From: Parasitella parasitica NRRL 2501
Lineage: Eukaryota > Fungi > Mucoromycota
NCBI GenBank assembly: GCA_025201805.1
Contig: MU619266.1
Location: 1 to 64,000 of the forward strand
DNA length: 64,000 nucleotides
Reading direction: 5' to 3'
Translations under genes and position numbers: made by a program
Shown here: piece after piece, positions 26,480-40,300 of the stretch
Numbering within the stretch: the stretch's first letter is position 1
Layout: each line of letters starts with the position of its first letter
The notes under the pieces: generated by a model
The model's input: the letters and a program-made list of their open reading frames with translations, nothing else
The model's database searches: none
Told to the model about the DNA's origin: nothing

Positions 26480-26611
26480 TGGCAAATACAAAAAAAAAAA
26501 AAAGGGGGACGTATCACATGTCATTCATTCTACAATAAAAATATAATCATAAGCATGTGAAATACGTTTTTCTTTCTTTCTTCTCTCTCTGTTTGCATAT
26601 ACCACAGAAAA

Positions 26612-28982
26612 ATGCATCTATTATCAAAGCCTATTGACAACAGAGCCAGCAAAGCGCTCTCCACCAGCCTGTTTATGCTGGTAGTGGTAGGTCTATATCA
26701 GTCGAAAAAAAGCTGGCAGAGGACAGCCAAATTAAGACAGAATGAAGAGCAAGCAGACATCTCCAGTCTGTTTCCCATCATTGATTCCACGCAAAAAGTG
26801 GGCGTAAACAAAGAGTTTAGGCGGCAGTTAATGTCCATTGCTCACATCTTGTTTCCAAATTGGCACACAAAAGAGGTTTTATTGCTGGTGCTGCACACAG
26901 TGTTTCTTGTGTTGCGAACGTATTTGAGTGTCGTGGTGGCAAGATTGGATGGACGCATTGTCAGAGATTTGGTGCGTATAATATATTTAGGCCGATAGAG
27001 ACAGCATGCTGTGGTATTAACTGGATATAGGTCAACGGCCATGGCAAACGCTTCTTGACTGGCCTTGGCTACTGGTTCGCTATTGCAATTCCTGCAACTT
27101 ACACCAATAGCATGATCCGATATTTGCAGTCGAAACTGTCCATTGGATTCAGAACTCGGTTGACCAAGTACATCCACGACTTGTACTTGGATAAAGAAAA
27201 GACATTCTACAAAGCTATTAATCTTGACAGCCGCATCCAAGGCGCAGATCAGTAAGTAGCACTCTTGCTCTTGCTATAACACGGGATTTACACAATCTGC
27301 TAGATTTATTACCACTGATGTTGCCAAATTCTGTGAAACCCTGTCCTCCCTCTACTCTAATCTTGCAAAACCTATCCTGGATACAATCATCTTTAATTAC
27401 CAGCTTACAAAATCGATTGGTCTAGTAGGCATGGTCGGCCTAACCATCAATTATTTCGTCACAGCCAAGTTGTTGCGTGCTGTTACCCCATCTTTTGGCA
27501 AGTTGGCTGCTGTGGAAGCGAAATTAGAGGTATGTCTGCCTAACACACGCAATAAATCACATGTAAATTGCTCACAATCGTATATATTATGAAAAGGGTG
27601 ATTTCCGTGCTGCTCACACACGCTTGATCACCAACGCCGAAGAAATTGCCTTTTACAATGGTGCTGAGCTTGAGCACTCCATTCTCAACAGGACATACAT
27701 GAAGCTTATCAAGCACATTAATTCTATCTACAAGATCCGTATTAGCTACAACATGTTTGAAGATTTCCTCATCAAATATGCTTGGGGTGCATTTGGCTTG
27801 ATCATGTGTGCTATCCCTGTATTTACACCTCATTTAGTCGGTGCCACTCCCATCGACACCTCCAAAGACGACCCAAATGCTCAGGTAGGCGCAAGGACCA
27901 AGGGATTTATCACCAACAAGCGTTTGATGATGTCCTTGGCTGACGCTGGTGGACGCATGATGTACTCGTATAAGGAACTTGCTGAACTGGCGGGCTATAC
28001 ATCTCGCGTGTACAATCTAATGTCGATTCTACACGCATTGCGCAAGAGCAATTATGATGGCCCCAAGGAGCAAGTAGCTTATACGTTGACAAACATACAC
28101 GGCAAGATTGTGTACGACGATGAAAAAGGAATTTCATTTGAAAATGTGCCTATCGTTACTCCTGCTCCTGGCCAAGATCGAGTAGGAGAAGTGCTAGTCA
28201 ACAACTTGAATGTCCAGGTACGCCCTGGAGAACATTTATTAGTCACTGGGCCCAATGGTGTAGGCAAGACAGCTGTTGCTCGAGTCATTGCTTCCTTGTG
28301 GCCAGTGTTCGAGGGCACTTTGACCAGGCCTACAGACCGCGACATCTTTTATATTCCTCAGCGTCCTTATTTGAGCCTGGGCACATTGAGAGACCAAATC
28401 ATATATCCTCATACAAAGCAGCAAATGGTAGAAGCGGGACGCACCGAGGGCGATTTGATGAAAATTCTAGAGATTGTGCATTTGGCTTATATCCCTGACA
28501 GAGAAGGCGGCTGGGAGACGCAAAAAGAATGGAAAGATGTGTTCTCTGGAGGAGAAAAGCAAAGAGTAAGCAGCAAAAATGCCCCTCCCCCCAAAAAAAA
28601 AACTTTGTTGGACAAAAAGCTAACAATTGCTGTGTAGATTGGCATGGCCCGTTTGTTCTATCATCATCCTAAATTTGCAGTATTGGATGAGTGTACTAGC
28701 GCAGTCTCTACCGATGTTGAGGGACTCATGTATTCACATGCCAAAGACATGGGCATTACCTTATTGACCATCTCGCATCGCCCTGCCCTATTCAAATACC
28801 ATCGCTTCCTTTTACGTCTTACTGGCAATAACGGCGAATGGGAATGGGAGACAATCGGTACTCGTGAGCAATTGCAGTCTGTAGAAAAGGAGCTTGCTAG
28901 CTTGCAGTCCAAACTATCTCAAGTGGATGCCCTCAAGGCAAGATTGGCGACCATAGATCAGGAGCTTACCTTGAAAATGTAA
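26612..28982 (+). CDS. PXA1: Peroxisomal ABCD half-transporter (long-chain fatty acyl-CoA import)
   Basis: EAA motif [22 protein letters not shown], Walker A GPNGVGKT, signature FSGGEKQR, Walker [12 protein letters not shown]. Confidence 0.92.
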
Positions 28983-29500
28983 TGTTACTACTAGTCACAT
29001 AAAAAATCAATAAATTTTTTCGCTTTCAACTATAAAAAGCCATTCCATTTCGTCCACTTTCTCCATCTCTATTTTTCATTATACTCAACATGAAACAGTA
29101 AGTATATCTTGAGTTTTTGCCACGATGGAAGGATAAGGATGAAAAAGTGTTGATGATAACGAACCAATATCTATAACGCTTTATTTGGTTGACCGTTTTG
29201 GATGACCGGGTGTAATGATAGCTATAATTTATGTCATAGTTACACTGAGCTTTTTCATTCATTCTTCTGCTGTGGTTTCTGTTTATTGAATCACATACTC
29301 ATTTTGTCTATCAGTTAGATCCTTGGTCTGTAGGCGTCTCTGTTTTACTTGGGATTCATTTTAAATTCAATAAAAAGGTCTTTAAAGTCATAAAATTTTT
29401 CATCACCATTTCTTCATGCTTGTGGCTTGTTATTGTGTTTCTTCTGCTTAAAAAAAGAGCAAGACTCTTCTCTTTCCATAGTTGCGAAATATCAACAACC

Positions 29501-30028
29501 ATGTCAGAAGATCCTTGGAATGATTGGGAGACTGCTGCAGATGCTGGTGTAATTTTTATATACTCGTATATATACACAACATGCATTGATTGATTGATTG
29601 ATTGACTGACTCTAGTTGAGTGATTTACCCACTGAAAAAACCAAGACAAAAGCAACCACGTTCCAATCAAATCTGCAATTATGGGATAAAGCGTAGTATC
29701 ATATAATTCGACGCATTTCCCTAACTAATTCTGCACACACAACAGTAACGAGTACACCTGCCCTGTCATTGTCCACACCAACACATTAGCTGCTCATGCC
29801 AGCTATAAACCAGAGGTAAAACTATAGGTGTATTGTATACGCACGGGATGAGTTCATTTAACACTGCATACATATCACACGAAACAGCTAAAAATTTTGA
29901 AGCGACCTCAAGACGCTAAAAACAAAAAGGATTCCACTCTGACAAGGCCCACGAAAAGCTTGGCCGAAAAAGAAAAGGACTACGAGGAAGCGAAGCGGTT
30001 AATTAATGAGAGATTTGAAAAGAAGTAA
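29501..30028 (+). CDS. Small SUZ-domain protein (SZRD1-like), 4 exons, absent from the ORF track
   Basis: Spliced product MSEDPWNDWETAADAG|LSDLPTE…LWDKA|NEYT…YKPE|LKILKRP…KSLAEKEKDYEEAKRLI…*, all junctions GT-AG. The ILKRP and KSLxE(R/K)ExxYxEA motifs define SUZ. Confidence 0.8.
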
Positions 30029-30823
30029 ATAAAGAGACTGATGATTTCGGTGCTAAATTGAGGCAAAGTTTACCTCCCCCCCCCCACTTAAGACATTGAA
30101 TTGTGATTATACTGTTATTTTGTGTCAATGTGCTTGATAAACCTTTCAAAAATGTACATCAATCTCAAGTCAAATCATCCTTGATATCTTTTACCATGAA
30201 GAAAATTTGCATATACCAAGTAATATACTTTTTGCTTGGTCCAGTAACTGTATCACAAAACTTTGATGCCTGGGCTGGCTGGCTGCTTTTAATTAAACCA
30301 AGAGACATATCCTGTTTGATGTTCTCTCCACTCCTGTTTTAAAAAAGTCCTTGATTGAATAAGTATCAAGCAACATACTTATTTTACTTGATTCAGCATC
30401 AGTGTTCTCTCTGCAAATATCCCATTGATTTCAACGAGAATTGATATCAAGGCCAAACACATTCATTTGCATTGAACAAGGTGGCCCAAGCTCCTCTTGT
30501 GCCAATTCTTACCATGCGGATCCCACTGTCCAGTTACAACTATTTAGTTTAAAGTTTTACAGCTAAATTTATCACGATAAAAAATAAATAAAAATAAAAT
30601 TAGTGCATTATGTGAAATCAGCTACAAACAGGATATAATGTTGGCTCATTATTCTCACAAACCTGATAACAATGAAGTGGATAAATGGAAGGCTATTTAT
30701 TCCCGTTTTTAGCACTGAAGTTCAATTTGTTTTTCCTGTATGCCAGAAAAGCATAATTTTTTCCAAGCACTATTAATTTTCTCATTTCTCTTTTGTTTAT
30801 TGTTTCTACAACCTGTTGTTATT

Positions 30824-33800
30824 ATGGGCACCAAAGAAGAAATAAGAGCAATTCAGCACATACAGCAGACATCGGATACACCCGTGCACACCTTTGATGC
30901 AGACCAACCGCCGGAACTAAAACGGGCGCAAGCCGAATCTCATATTCCCAAAGACTTTGTACCCGACCTTCGAAGTTTAGGTCGCAATCAAGAGGGATTT
31001 GCTACAGAGATTGGGTCCAGCGATGCAGAAAAGATCAAAAAAGCTATTATCGAAGCGACTCAGAAATCAGTGAGCGAAAGCACCTTGGCAAAACGAACAC
31101 AATCAAAGCGTCGCCAGCAGCAGCAGCCGGTTGTCAATACAATTGCGGGTTATCGTGTTAGCCATCCACTTCCTGATAATTCTAGAATTGGTTGGACAGC
31201 GTTTTCAAATGTAATCAATCCTGGCGGCTCACTTGGTATCATGGCAACCGAAAAGAAAAAGACAGACACTACCAAAGATGCATTGTTCAGCACTCTCATG
31301 AGCCCATTCGACGAGCACTGGGAGGATTACGGTGTCGTTTTCGTTGTAGGTGTTGGTTTTTGGCTACTCGTCAAGATGGGAGCTGGTATAGGCTTTTTTA
31401 TATTTGGTCTGATGTTTGTAGGTAAAGTAATTTCACAGAGCAACGCCACTGACGCACACCAAGACTAACAATATCTCCCAGGTTCATATTATAGGCTAAG
31501 CCTGAATAGACTCGACACACGTGCAAGAGACGACATAAAAAGAGACCTTGCCATCGTTGCTTTGCAGACAGCCGAACACGAAAATGTTGAATGGCTTAAC
31601 AATTTGGTTCAGAAATTCTGGCTAATTTTTGAACCTGTTTTGAGCGCATACGTGATTGAAAATATCGACACCTATCTTGTTGACTACTTGCCTGGATTCT
31701 TGGATTCTGTTCGTCTGACTACATTCACCTTGGGTTCGAAGCCATTCAGAGTGGAGAGTGTGAAGTCATTTACAGATACCGAGCCTGACACTGTCGTAAG
31801 TTATAATATCGTCACTGTGACATAGCAGCAATGATACTCACTTTTTGTTTGTTTACAGTGCATGGATTGGGATGTTTCATTTGTGCCTAATGACACTATG
31901 GGAATGACCAAAGATCAGATTGACAGAAAAGTGAGCCCCAAGGTAGTCTTAAACATTCGTCTGGGGAAAGGCTTTGTTGGAACGGCGTTGTCAGTGCTGG
32001 TGGAAGACATGAGCTTTAAAGGGCGTATGCGAGTAAAGATACGTTTCATCAGTAAAATGCCGCATGTCAAAATCGTAGAAGCTTGTTTTATGGAAAAGCC
32101 GCAGTTCGATTATGTGTTGAAACCATTGGGTGGAGAAACATTTGGATTCGATGTTAACAATGTAAATGGTCTGTACGATAAAAAAAAAAGGGCAGGTGTG
32201 AGCTAACAATGCTGTTTGCGTAGATACCTGGCCTTCAAGGCTTTGTTCGTGATCAAGCACATGCGATTTTAGGGCCCATGCTATATTACCCCAATGTATT
32301 TTCATACGACGTCGAAAAGTTCTTTTCGGGGGAATTGGACATCAGTAAGTGTTCAGCATTCAGCATTTAAATATTCTATACTTAATCAATTAATATAGAC
32401 CAAGCAAATGGTGTTTTGGCTGTTACGGTGCACTCATGCTCTAGAATCACTGCCTCAGACACTACGTTAAATCCCTTCATTCGATTCTTCTTGGACAAGG
32501 CACAGGAGCTCGAGAAAACTGCTATTCTGGAAAACACTCGCACTCCACAATGGAACGAAACAAAGTTTTTGCTCTTGAACAATCTGGAATCCAGTCTAAC
32601 CATGGAATTAAGAACAACTAACAACACCAAAAAGGCAGGTAAACGCTTGGCTAGAGCTCATTTTGACTTGAAGGATTTGCGAGACAAGGAAGACATGAAA
32701 TTGGATAATTTGTACGTATTGTATCATGCCTTAATCTGCTTTACCTTATCCCTATTCTGTAGAACGCTGCCCATGCAACGACATGACAAATTCATCACTA
32801 ATCTCAAAGCGGATATGCGCTATTTCCCTGTTTCCAAACCTATCCAAAACCCTGATGGTACCTATATCGAAGCTGAACCCTCTAGTAAGTGTGTGTCTCG
32901 AGCATTTTTTTTTTTTTTTTTCTTTTGTAGCCCAAGGTTTTAATGAACCTTCCAATTAGATTCTGGTGTACTTCGCATCACCGTTCATGAATGCAAAAAC
33001 TTGGGATCAAACAAAATCAACCCTTACGCTTTAATCAAGATTAACGGCGTCGATAGGTTTGAAACGCCAACATTCAAGCGCACATCCAACCCCAAGTTTG
33101 AAAGACCCTTTGAAATCCTTGTATTGGATATGACGCAAGTGTATATCCGAGTGAGCATCATTGACCGCATCAGTTTTGCAGGCGATGCCTCACTGGGATC
33201 TTGGAATGCCTATTTAACCGAGATTATGAAAGAGCAAGAAGATAAAGAGTACTGGTGGACATTGAAGAAGAAGGGCCAAGAAATTAATGCTCGTTTAAGA
33301 TTGAGTGTTCAATGGAAGCCGGTTGTAATGACAGGCCTTGCAAAAATGGGTGGCATTGGTCTTTATGCACCTCCTGTTGGTGTTGTCCGCTTCTCCATCT
33401 GGTCTGCCAAAGATCTCATTTCTACCAAATCAGATCTTTATGTTCGCATTAAAAATGGCAAGCAAACGAGAGCAAGAACTGAAATCATCGACAGTACAGA
33501 TTGCCCTGAATGGGGTGAGTTTCATTATGTTCCCATACACAGCATGCAGGAGGACCTTGTGCTGGAAGTCATGGGCTGGAATTCAGGATCCAAAGACAAA
33601 TCCCTTGGCTCCACTGTCTTCCCCATCAATCAGCTCATCAAACAATGCAAAAACGAAAACGACTCTGTCTGGTACGAATCGATAGGTGAAAAACTGGACA
33701 GGTAAAGAACACACACACACACACACACAAACATTTGCTATGGTTTAATGCTAATTTCACTAATACGTCTGTTTTAGACAAGTACCTCTTCATACTGGAA

Positions 33801-35696
33801 ACACGGAAAGAGGTTACTTGACATACAGCGCTGAATTTTATCCTACTATGGCGGTTGAAGACGCAGATCAGGAAGAGGAAGCTGCGCCTCCGCAAGACAT
33901 GTCGGTTGCAGTACCTGATAAACCAACTGCAGAAATAACGCCCAAGCAGGATGCTTTGCCAGAGTTCGATCTTCATGGGCTACCTATTCGCTACACCCCG
34001 GACGAACTAATTGATTTAGCTTGTTATGGCAGCGGTGTTCTTACCGTCAAGATTCACGAGGTCAAGGCATCGCAGGTGTACGACTGTTACTGCCAAATCA
34101 TGGTGGATTCGCTAAGCCCACAACACAAAACAAATACTCTCAAAGGTCGTATGTTGGCATTCAATGAAATTACTGATGCCTTTATCAAAGACTCTAGCTT
34201 TTCGCGAGTAGCCATCGAGCTTAAACCTTCGGATACGACTGAAAAAGATGATGAAAGGCTTGGCTATTGGTACGAAAGCAGTGAGCGATTGATCCGTCAA
34301 GTCCAAAAACGTGCTCGTGAAAAACAAGCTGCCAATGGTGGCAAATTTGACATGAGCCAAATGCTGCTTCATGCTGATGAGGACGAAGGCGAATGGTATA
34401 ATTTGATATCACCGGCGGGTGGGCCAGCAGAGATCAAACTTAGCTTTGGCTATGCACCTCTATTGAATTACAAAGTGAATCCTGATGAAAGCTTGGAAAA
34501 CCAAGGCGTTTTGACTGTGACATTATTGAATGCAAAGGATTTGAAAGCTGTGGACAAGTCTGGAACGAGCGACCCCTACGTCAGATTTACTATCAATGGA
34601 GAAATCGTACATAAAAGCGCTACAATCAAGAAGAATTGCAACCCTGTATGGAAAAACGAAGTATTCCAAGTGCCTATTGTATGTAGATCTTTTTTATACG
34701 TGTGCCAAACAACTAATCTTTTTTTGATAATAATAGATATCTCGGGTTACAGCTAGTTTCAGAATTGAAGTATTCGATTGGAACCAGATTTCTGGTGATG
34801 TCCCATTAGGTTCAGGTGGTATTACTATTCGTGGAGATACTGTCGAAAGCTTCAGTGCTCGTAATGTTGATATTCCTCTAGACGGGCAAGCTGGCGATAC
34901 TGGTTCTGTGCATGTGCGTCTCAAGTGGGAACCCCAGCTTTTGTTACGTAGAAAGACTCATACAACTTTTATGGGCACAACACGCAGAATGACTACCAAA
35001 ATGGGAACCACGGCTTTCAATTGGAGTCAGCCACCTAAAATCACTAGTAGTTCTCCGACAAAAAGTAACAGTGCGCAATCAGGGTTATCTGGACTTTTGG
35101 ATTCAACCTCTTTAACATCTTTAGCTACTACTGCACCTTTTAATATAAATGAAGCAGGAGAAACACATCAGCAGCAGCGTAATGAAGAAGAGGACGCTAT
35201 CAAGTCTCATTCTGCTGCAGCGCCAGTTGATCATGACTTTGTGGTTAAAACAAGCCAAGGCACTGTACATATACAAATCTTAGAGGCAAGGAATTTAAAG
35301 GGAGATAGTGAAAAGATCAACCCTGTGGCAATTGTACATCTTGGCTCAAAGCAATTATTGAAAACAAAAAAACTCAAAAAGACATGCAATCCGTTCTGGT
35401 GGGTCATTAAAATACTATCAATATTCTAAGGCTGTAATGCTAATTTACTTGTGCCCGCATATAATAGGAATGAAAGTTGCTCCCAAAAACTCTCTGGTGA
35501 GGAAATCCAGTTAGATATTATGGTAAAGAACTCCCATACGTTCCATTCATCCACTGATATTGGTGAATTTACCATATCGCTCTGGGACTTGATAAGACCG
35601 CCTGTTATTAAATCTTTGGATAAATGGCTTTCGTTGGAACCAGAGGGAAGTGGAGATATCCATGTAAAAATTGATTACGATGTAAAAGAGCAGTAG
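30824..35696 (+). CDS. Tricalbin / extended-synaptotagmin-like ER-PM tether (TM, SMP, multiple C2)
   Basis: Hydrophobic hairpin; SMP start ENVEWLNNLVQKFW, FTLGSKPFRV; multiple C2 domains (e.g. DLKAVDKSGTSDPYVRF). Confidence 0.92.
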
Positions 35697-37394
35697 ATAA
35701 TAATAAAAACAATTCAAGAGTTATACATAGTATATATAAATTCATTTACTCGTGCCTTTTATGTTTTTTATATCATTAACTAGTGGATATGATGCTTATT
35801 ATATATTAGCTATTTTGTTGATCTCAGCTTTTCAAAATTTGGATTTGGCTCATTTCCGATGTTTTTTTTACCGTATTTTTTATACAGCATCAAAAATTCT
35901 AGAAGTGATCATATCAATGGGATTTCGCCTTTGCATTTACCTCAAAAGGTATGTGATTGGCTGCTGTATCACCCCAAAATTTCTTGTGTAATTTTGATTT
36001 TTATGACCCCTTGACTTTTTTGCTTTAACCGCATAAACTATTTGAAAACATTATATTGGGGTAAAAAAAAAAAAAAAAAATAGGCAGTAAACTCGTTCCT
36101 GGGACAGTTCTCCCAAAAATATAAGGTTTTGAATCCCCATATTATCGAAATGTTGTCATTAATGCATTGGCGTGGTTTGCTCAACATTTAAAAGCATAAT
36201 TCAATGATTTAATTGCGTTTGTGATAAACAATATATAATCCGGAAGTCTATCCGCCCGATCGGTGGGGCAATGTTAGTACAATTAAGATTTTAACATATG
36301 TACATCTTCCAATGTGCATATTCATCATAAATGCAACATCAAGCAAGCGGAGATGTTTGAGCCAGGAAAAATATATTTATTGTCATGGCAACCGCTCAGT
36401 TGTATTAATCCAAGGGCAAAGATATCACTTGGCAGAAGAAAAGTGTATGACAACCCCACTTATTGTTGCGTCGAGATTTAATTGGGCCAAGATTACCCTT
36501 CCATTCAAATGTGTTTAGACATCTTGTATTGGTCCGTTTGGAAAACTTACTAGAGTATTCCACTACGAATCTTTGATCGTGTAACAAATCTGCCATGGTT
36601 TATCAAGCTGTAATGAGCTTGACAACTGGAAATTGATTACTATTGAGCTCGTTTCATGTTTCAGACAGATCTCAGATTTAAAACAAATGAATGTACATTA
36701 AGTATTACAATTTTGGGGATGAAATATATTCATGTTTTATCAAATAGAACTTGGTGGTTACACGCTAGGACGCTCTTGCCAATGCTATTGACAACTATTC
36801 AGATGAATAGATCACCATGGTTTAAACAGTCGGTTTTTGGGGTGAAAGCGTTGATTACAATACAAATATACGTTGTAATGGTTTAATCCGAGTCACTCCG
36901 AATGAAATTTGCCCCTACCAAATGTCCAAAAAAGGGATCGAAATTACTTTGATGGGGGTTGAGAGAATTTTGCAAAACCATATTATTTGAGGCCATTGAT
37001 TTTTGTTTTTTTTTCATCTTTAACTCTTCTTTTATTCTTTATTCATCAGTTTTTTTTTATATTTTGTTTGGGGAAACAGAATATCAAAACAAATTTTAAC
37101 AGTTAAGAGAACAGATTGAATCAAGATCCAACAGCTTTTTTTTTTTTTTTTTTTTTTTAAATTGTACAACTAAACTCAACATATACAACATCATACAATT
37201 GTTACATATACAAAAAAGAATCAGCTTGTCAAAACTATCAATTTTCTAGACATTTTCTGTTTTTTTGCTTACATATCTTACTAGAAGGTGAGCCAGAAAC
37301 TTGCCGCATAAAAGAAATTCTCTAACGTCCTCATATAGTCATTTTTTTTTTTTTTACAGCCATCACTAATAATATTAACCAACCACTTATAAAA

Positions 37395-40300
37395 ATGGAA
37401 AAACAGCAAGTTCTTCGTCCTTTGTCTATCAAACAAAACACCACCGAAGTTTCTGTTCTTGTCCCTACAAACATTTGGGTACCAGCCGAGCAACTTAGAG
37501 AAGAGTTCCCTAAAGAGGATGCCGTGGAAGAAATCTCTGATATTGAGCTCGCCGCAAAATTCTTGCATTTCGCTACTCAGCGCGCTGCTGATGCGTCTCA
37601 ATTCTTGCCTGTTGCACGCACACTTTTCATTGACTTTGGCTCTCAATATCTCAAGAACAACGATGTCCATGCCATCACTCGCTCTCTTTCTCCCGATTCC
37701 AAGAAGGTTGTCATTCAAGCTTACTTTTTTGCCCTTGTAGTCCTCAAAGAACATGATGTTCTGACTGCTGAAGAGGCCGCTCCTGCCAAATCTGCTCTTT
37801 TCGAAGCTGCCACCCGAGGTGATGCTAAGCTTTTCGCCATCTTTGGTGGTCAAGGTAATATTGAAGAGTATTTCGATGAACTCGCTGATATTTGGGAGAC
37901 ATATCAAGGCATCGTGAAGCCTTTTGTTCATCGTATGGCTGGTGTATTGGCCGACTACGCTCGTAGTCCCGAAGCCAAGGTACTTCACTCAAAGGGATTG
38001 GATGTTTTGCGTTGGTTGGATGATGCTGAAGTCAGACCTGATGTGCAATATCTTATCTCTGCTCCTGTCAGTCTTCCCTTGATTGGTCTCACTCAAATTC
38101 TTCAATACTACGTTATGCTTCATGTGCTTGATCGTACTCCTGCCGAGATCCGTGATTTGTTTGAAGGTAAATTTCAGTTAATGAGTGGTGATTTTTGGAA
38201 ACAATACGAATTGCCATGATAAATATAGGTACTACTGGTCATAGCCAAGGCATCATCAGTTCAGTCGTCATTTCAGCTTCTTCTACAGAGGAAGAGTTTG
38301 TAAATAATACCCAGAAAGCCTTGGGTCTTCTCTTTTGGATCGGCACTCGCGCTCAGCAAGTATTCCCTCCTACTACGTTGAATCCTACAATCCTCGAAGA
38401 TTCTATAAGCAACAATGAAGGTAACCCTACTCCCATGTTGGCAGTTACTGGTCTCAGAGAAAAGCAGGTTATGAAGCATCTTGAAGCCACCAACTCTCAT
38501 CTTGCCCCCGAGCGTCAAATTGAGATTACTCTGCATAATGGGCCTCGTTCTTTTGTTTGCACTGGTCCTCCTCAGTCATTGTATGGCTTGAACCTTTCTT
38601 TGCGTAAATTGAAGGCACCCACTGGTCTGGATCAATCGCGTGTTCCTTACTCTCAACGCAAAATCAAGTTTTCATCCCGCTTCTTGCCCATCACGGCTCC
38701 TTTCCACAGCATCTATCTGAAATCAGCTGTTTCTATCATTTTGGAAGACTGCGATAAGAACAATCTTCGTTTCAGTGCCAAGGATCTGAGGGTCCCTGTT
38801 TACGCTACTGATTCAGGTAAGATACCGGAAACTAGCGCCCTTTTTTTTTTTTTTTTTTCGAGTGGGGCGTTGGGGTAATCATCTGTTTTGTCGATTTTGT
38901 GTACTAATGTAACCTTGTCATATCGATAGGTAAGGATCTTCGCGAATCAACAGATCTCACCAAGTCATTATTGGAACTTATTTGCGAGCATCATGTTCAT
39001 TGGGAGAGTGCTATTGCCTCCAAGGATTTGACCCACATAATTGATTTCGGACCTGGTGGTGCTTCAGGTATCGGCGGCTTAACTTACCGCAATAAGGAAG
39101 GCACTGGTGTGCAGATAGTTTTAGCCGGTGCTCTTGAGGGCGGCAATCGTGATCTTTCTTATAAGGCTGATCTCTTTGATTCTGACATCCGCGCTGTCAC
39201 TTATTCTCAAAACTGGGCCAAGGTCTTCCAGCCCAAGCTGGTTGAAACTACTAGGTAAGTATTCTTTGCGGGGATGCAAGTAACATGCTAACAGGGTTAA
39301 TAGCAACGGTCGTATTCACCTTGATACCAAAATGTCTCGTTTGTTGGGCAAACCTCCACTTATGGTTGCTGGTATGACTCCTGCAACTGTCAATGAAAAC
39401 TTTGTTGCTGCTGTAATGAATGCTGGTTATCATATCGAAGTTGCTGGCGGTGGACATTTCAACGAAGAAGTACTTCGTGAAAAGGTAGACAAGATCATGA
39501 AGCTCACTCGTGCTGGGGAAGGTATCACTCTTAATATCATTTTCTTGAATGTCCGTCAATGGGGTTTCCAATATCCCCTCATTCAAGTCATGCGCAAGGA
39601 AGGCCTTCCTATGGAAGGTCTCTGTATCGCTGCTGGTGTTCCCAGTATTGAAAATGCTAATGAAATTATTGCCAACCTGCAAGCTGCCGGTCTCCGTCAT
39701 GTCGCCTTCAAGCCCGGAAGTGTTGATACCATTCGCCAAGTCGTTGCCATTGCCGCCGCTAACCCTACCATGCCTGTTATCTTGCAATGGACTGGTGGTC
39801 GTGCTGGTGGCCATCACGGCTTCGAAGATGTACATCAGCCTATCCTTGAAACATATGCCGCTATTCGTCGCCAATCCAACATTGTCCTTATTGCTGGCTC
39901 TGGCTTTGGTGGTGCTGATGACACTTTGCCTTACATTACTGGAGATTGGTCTCTCAAGTTTGACTACCCTCCCATGCCCTTTGATGGTATCCTCTTTGGA
40001 TCTCGCATGATGGTCGCAAAGGAAGGTTTGGCTTCTCCTGCTGCCAAGCAGGCTATGGTCGATGCTGCTGGTGTCGATGATGGTGATTGGGAAAAAACTT
40101 ACAAGGGCCCTGCCGGTGGTATTATCACTGTTCTTTCTGAACTCGGTGAGCCTATCCACAAGGTTGCCACTCGTGGTGTTCGTTTCTGGAAGGAGCTCGA
40201 TGAAAGCATTTTTGCCTTACCCAAGGACAAGCGTCTGCCTGCTTTGATGGCCAAGAAGGATTACATTATCAAGCGTCTAAATGCTGACTTCCAGAAGGTT

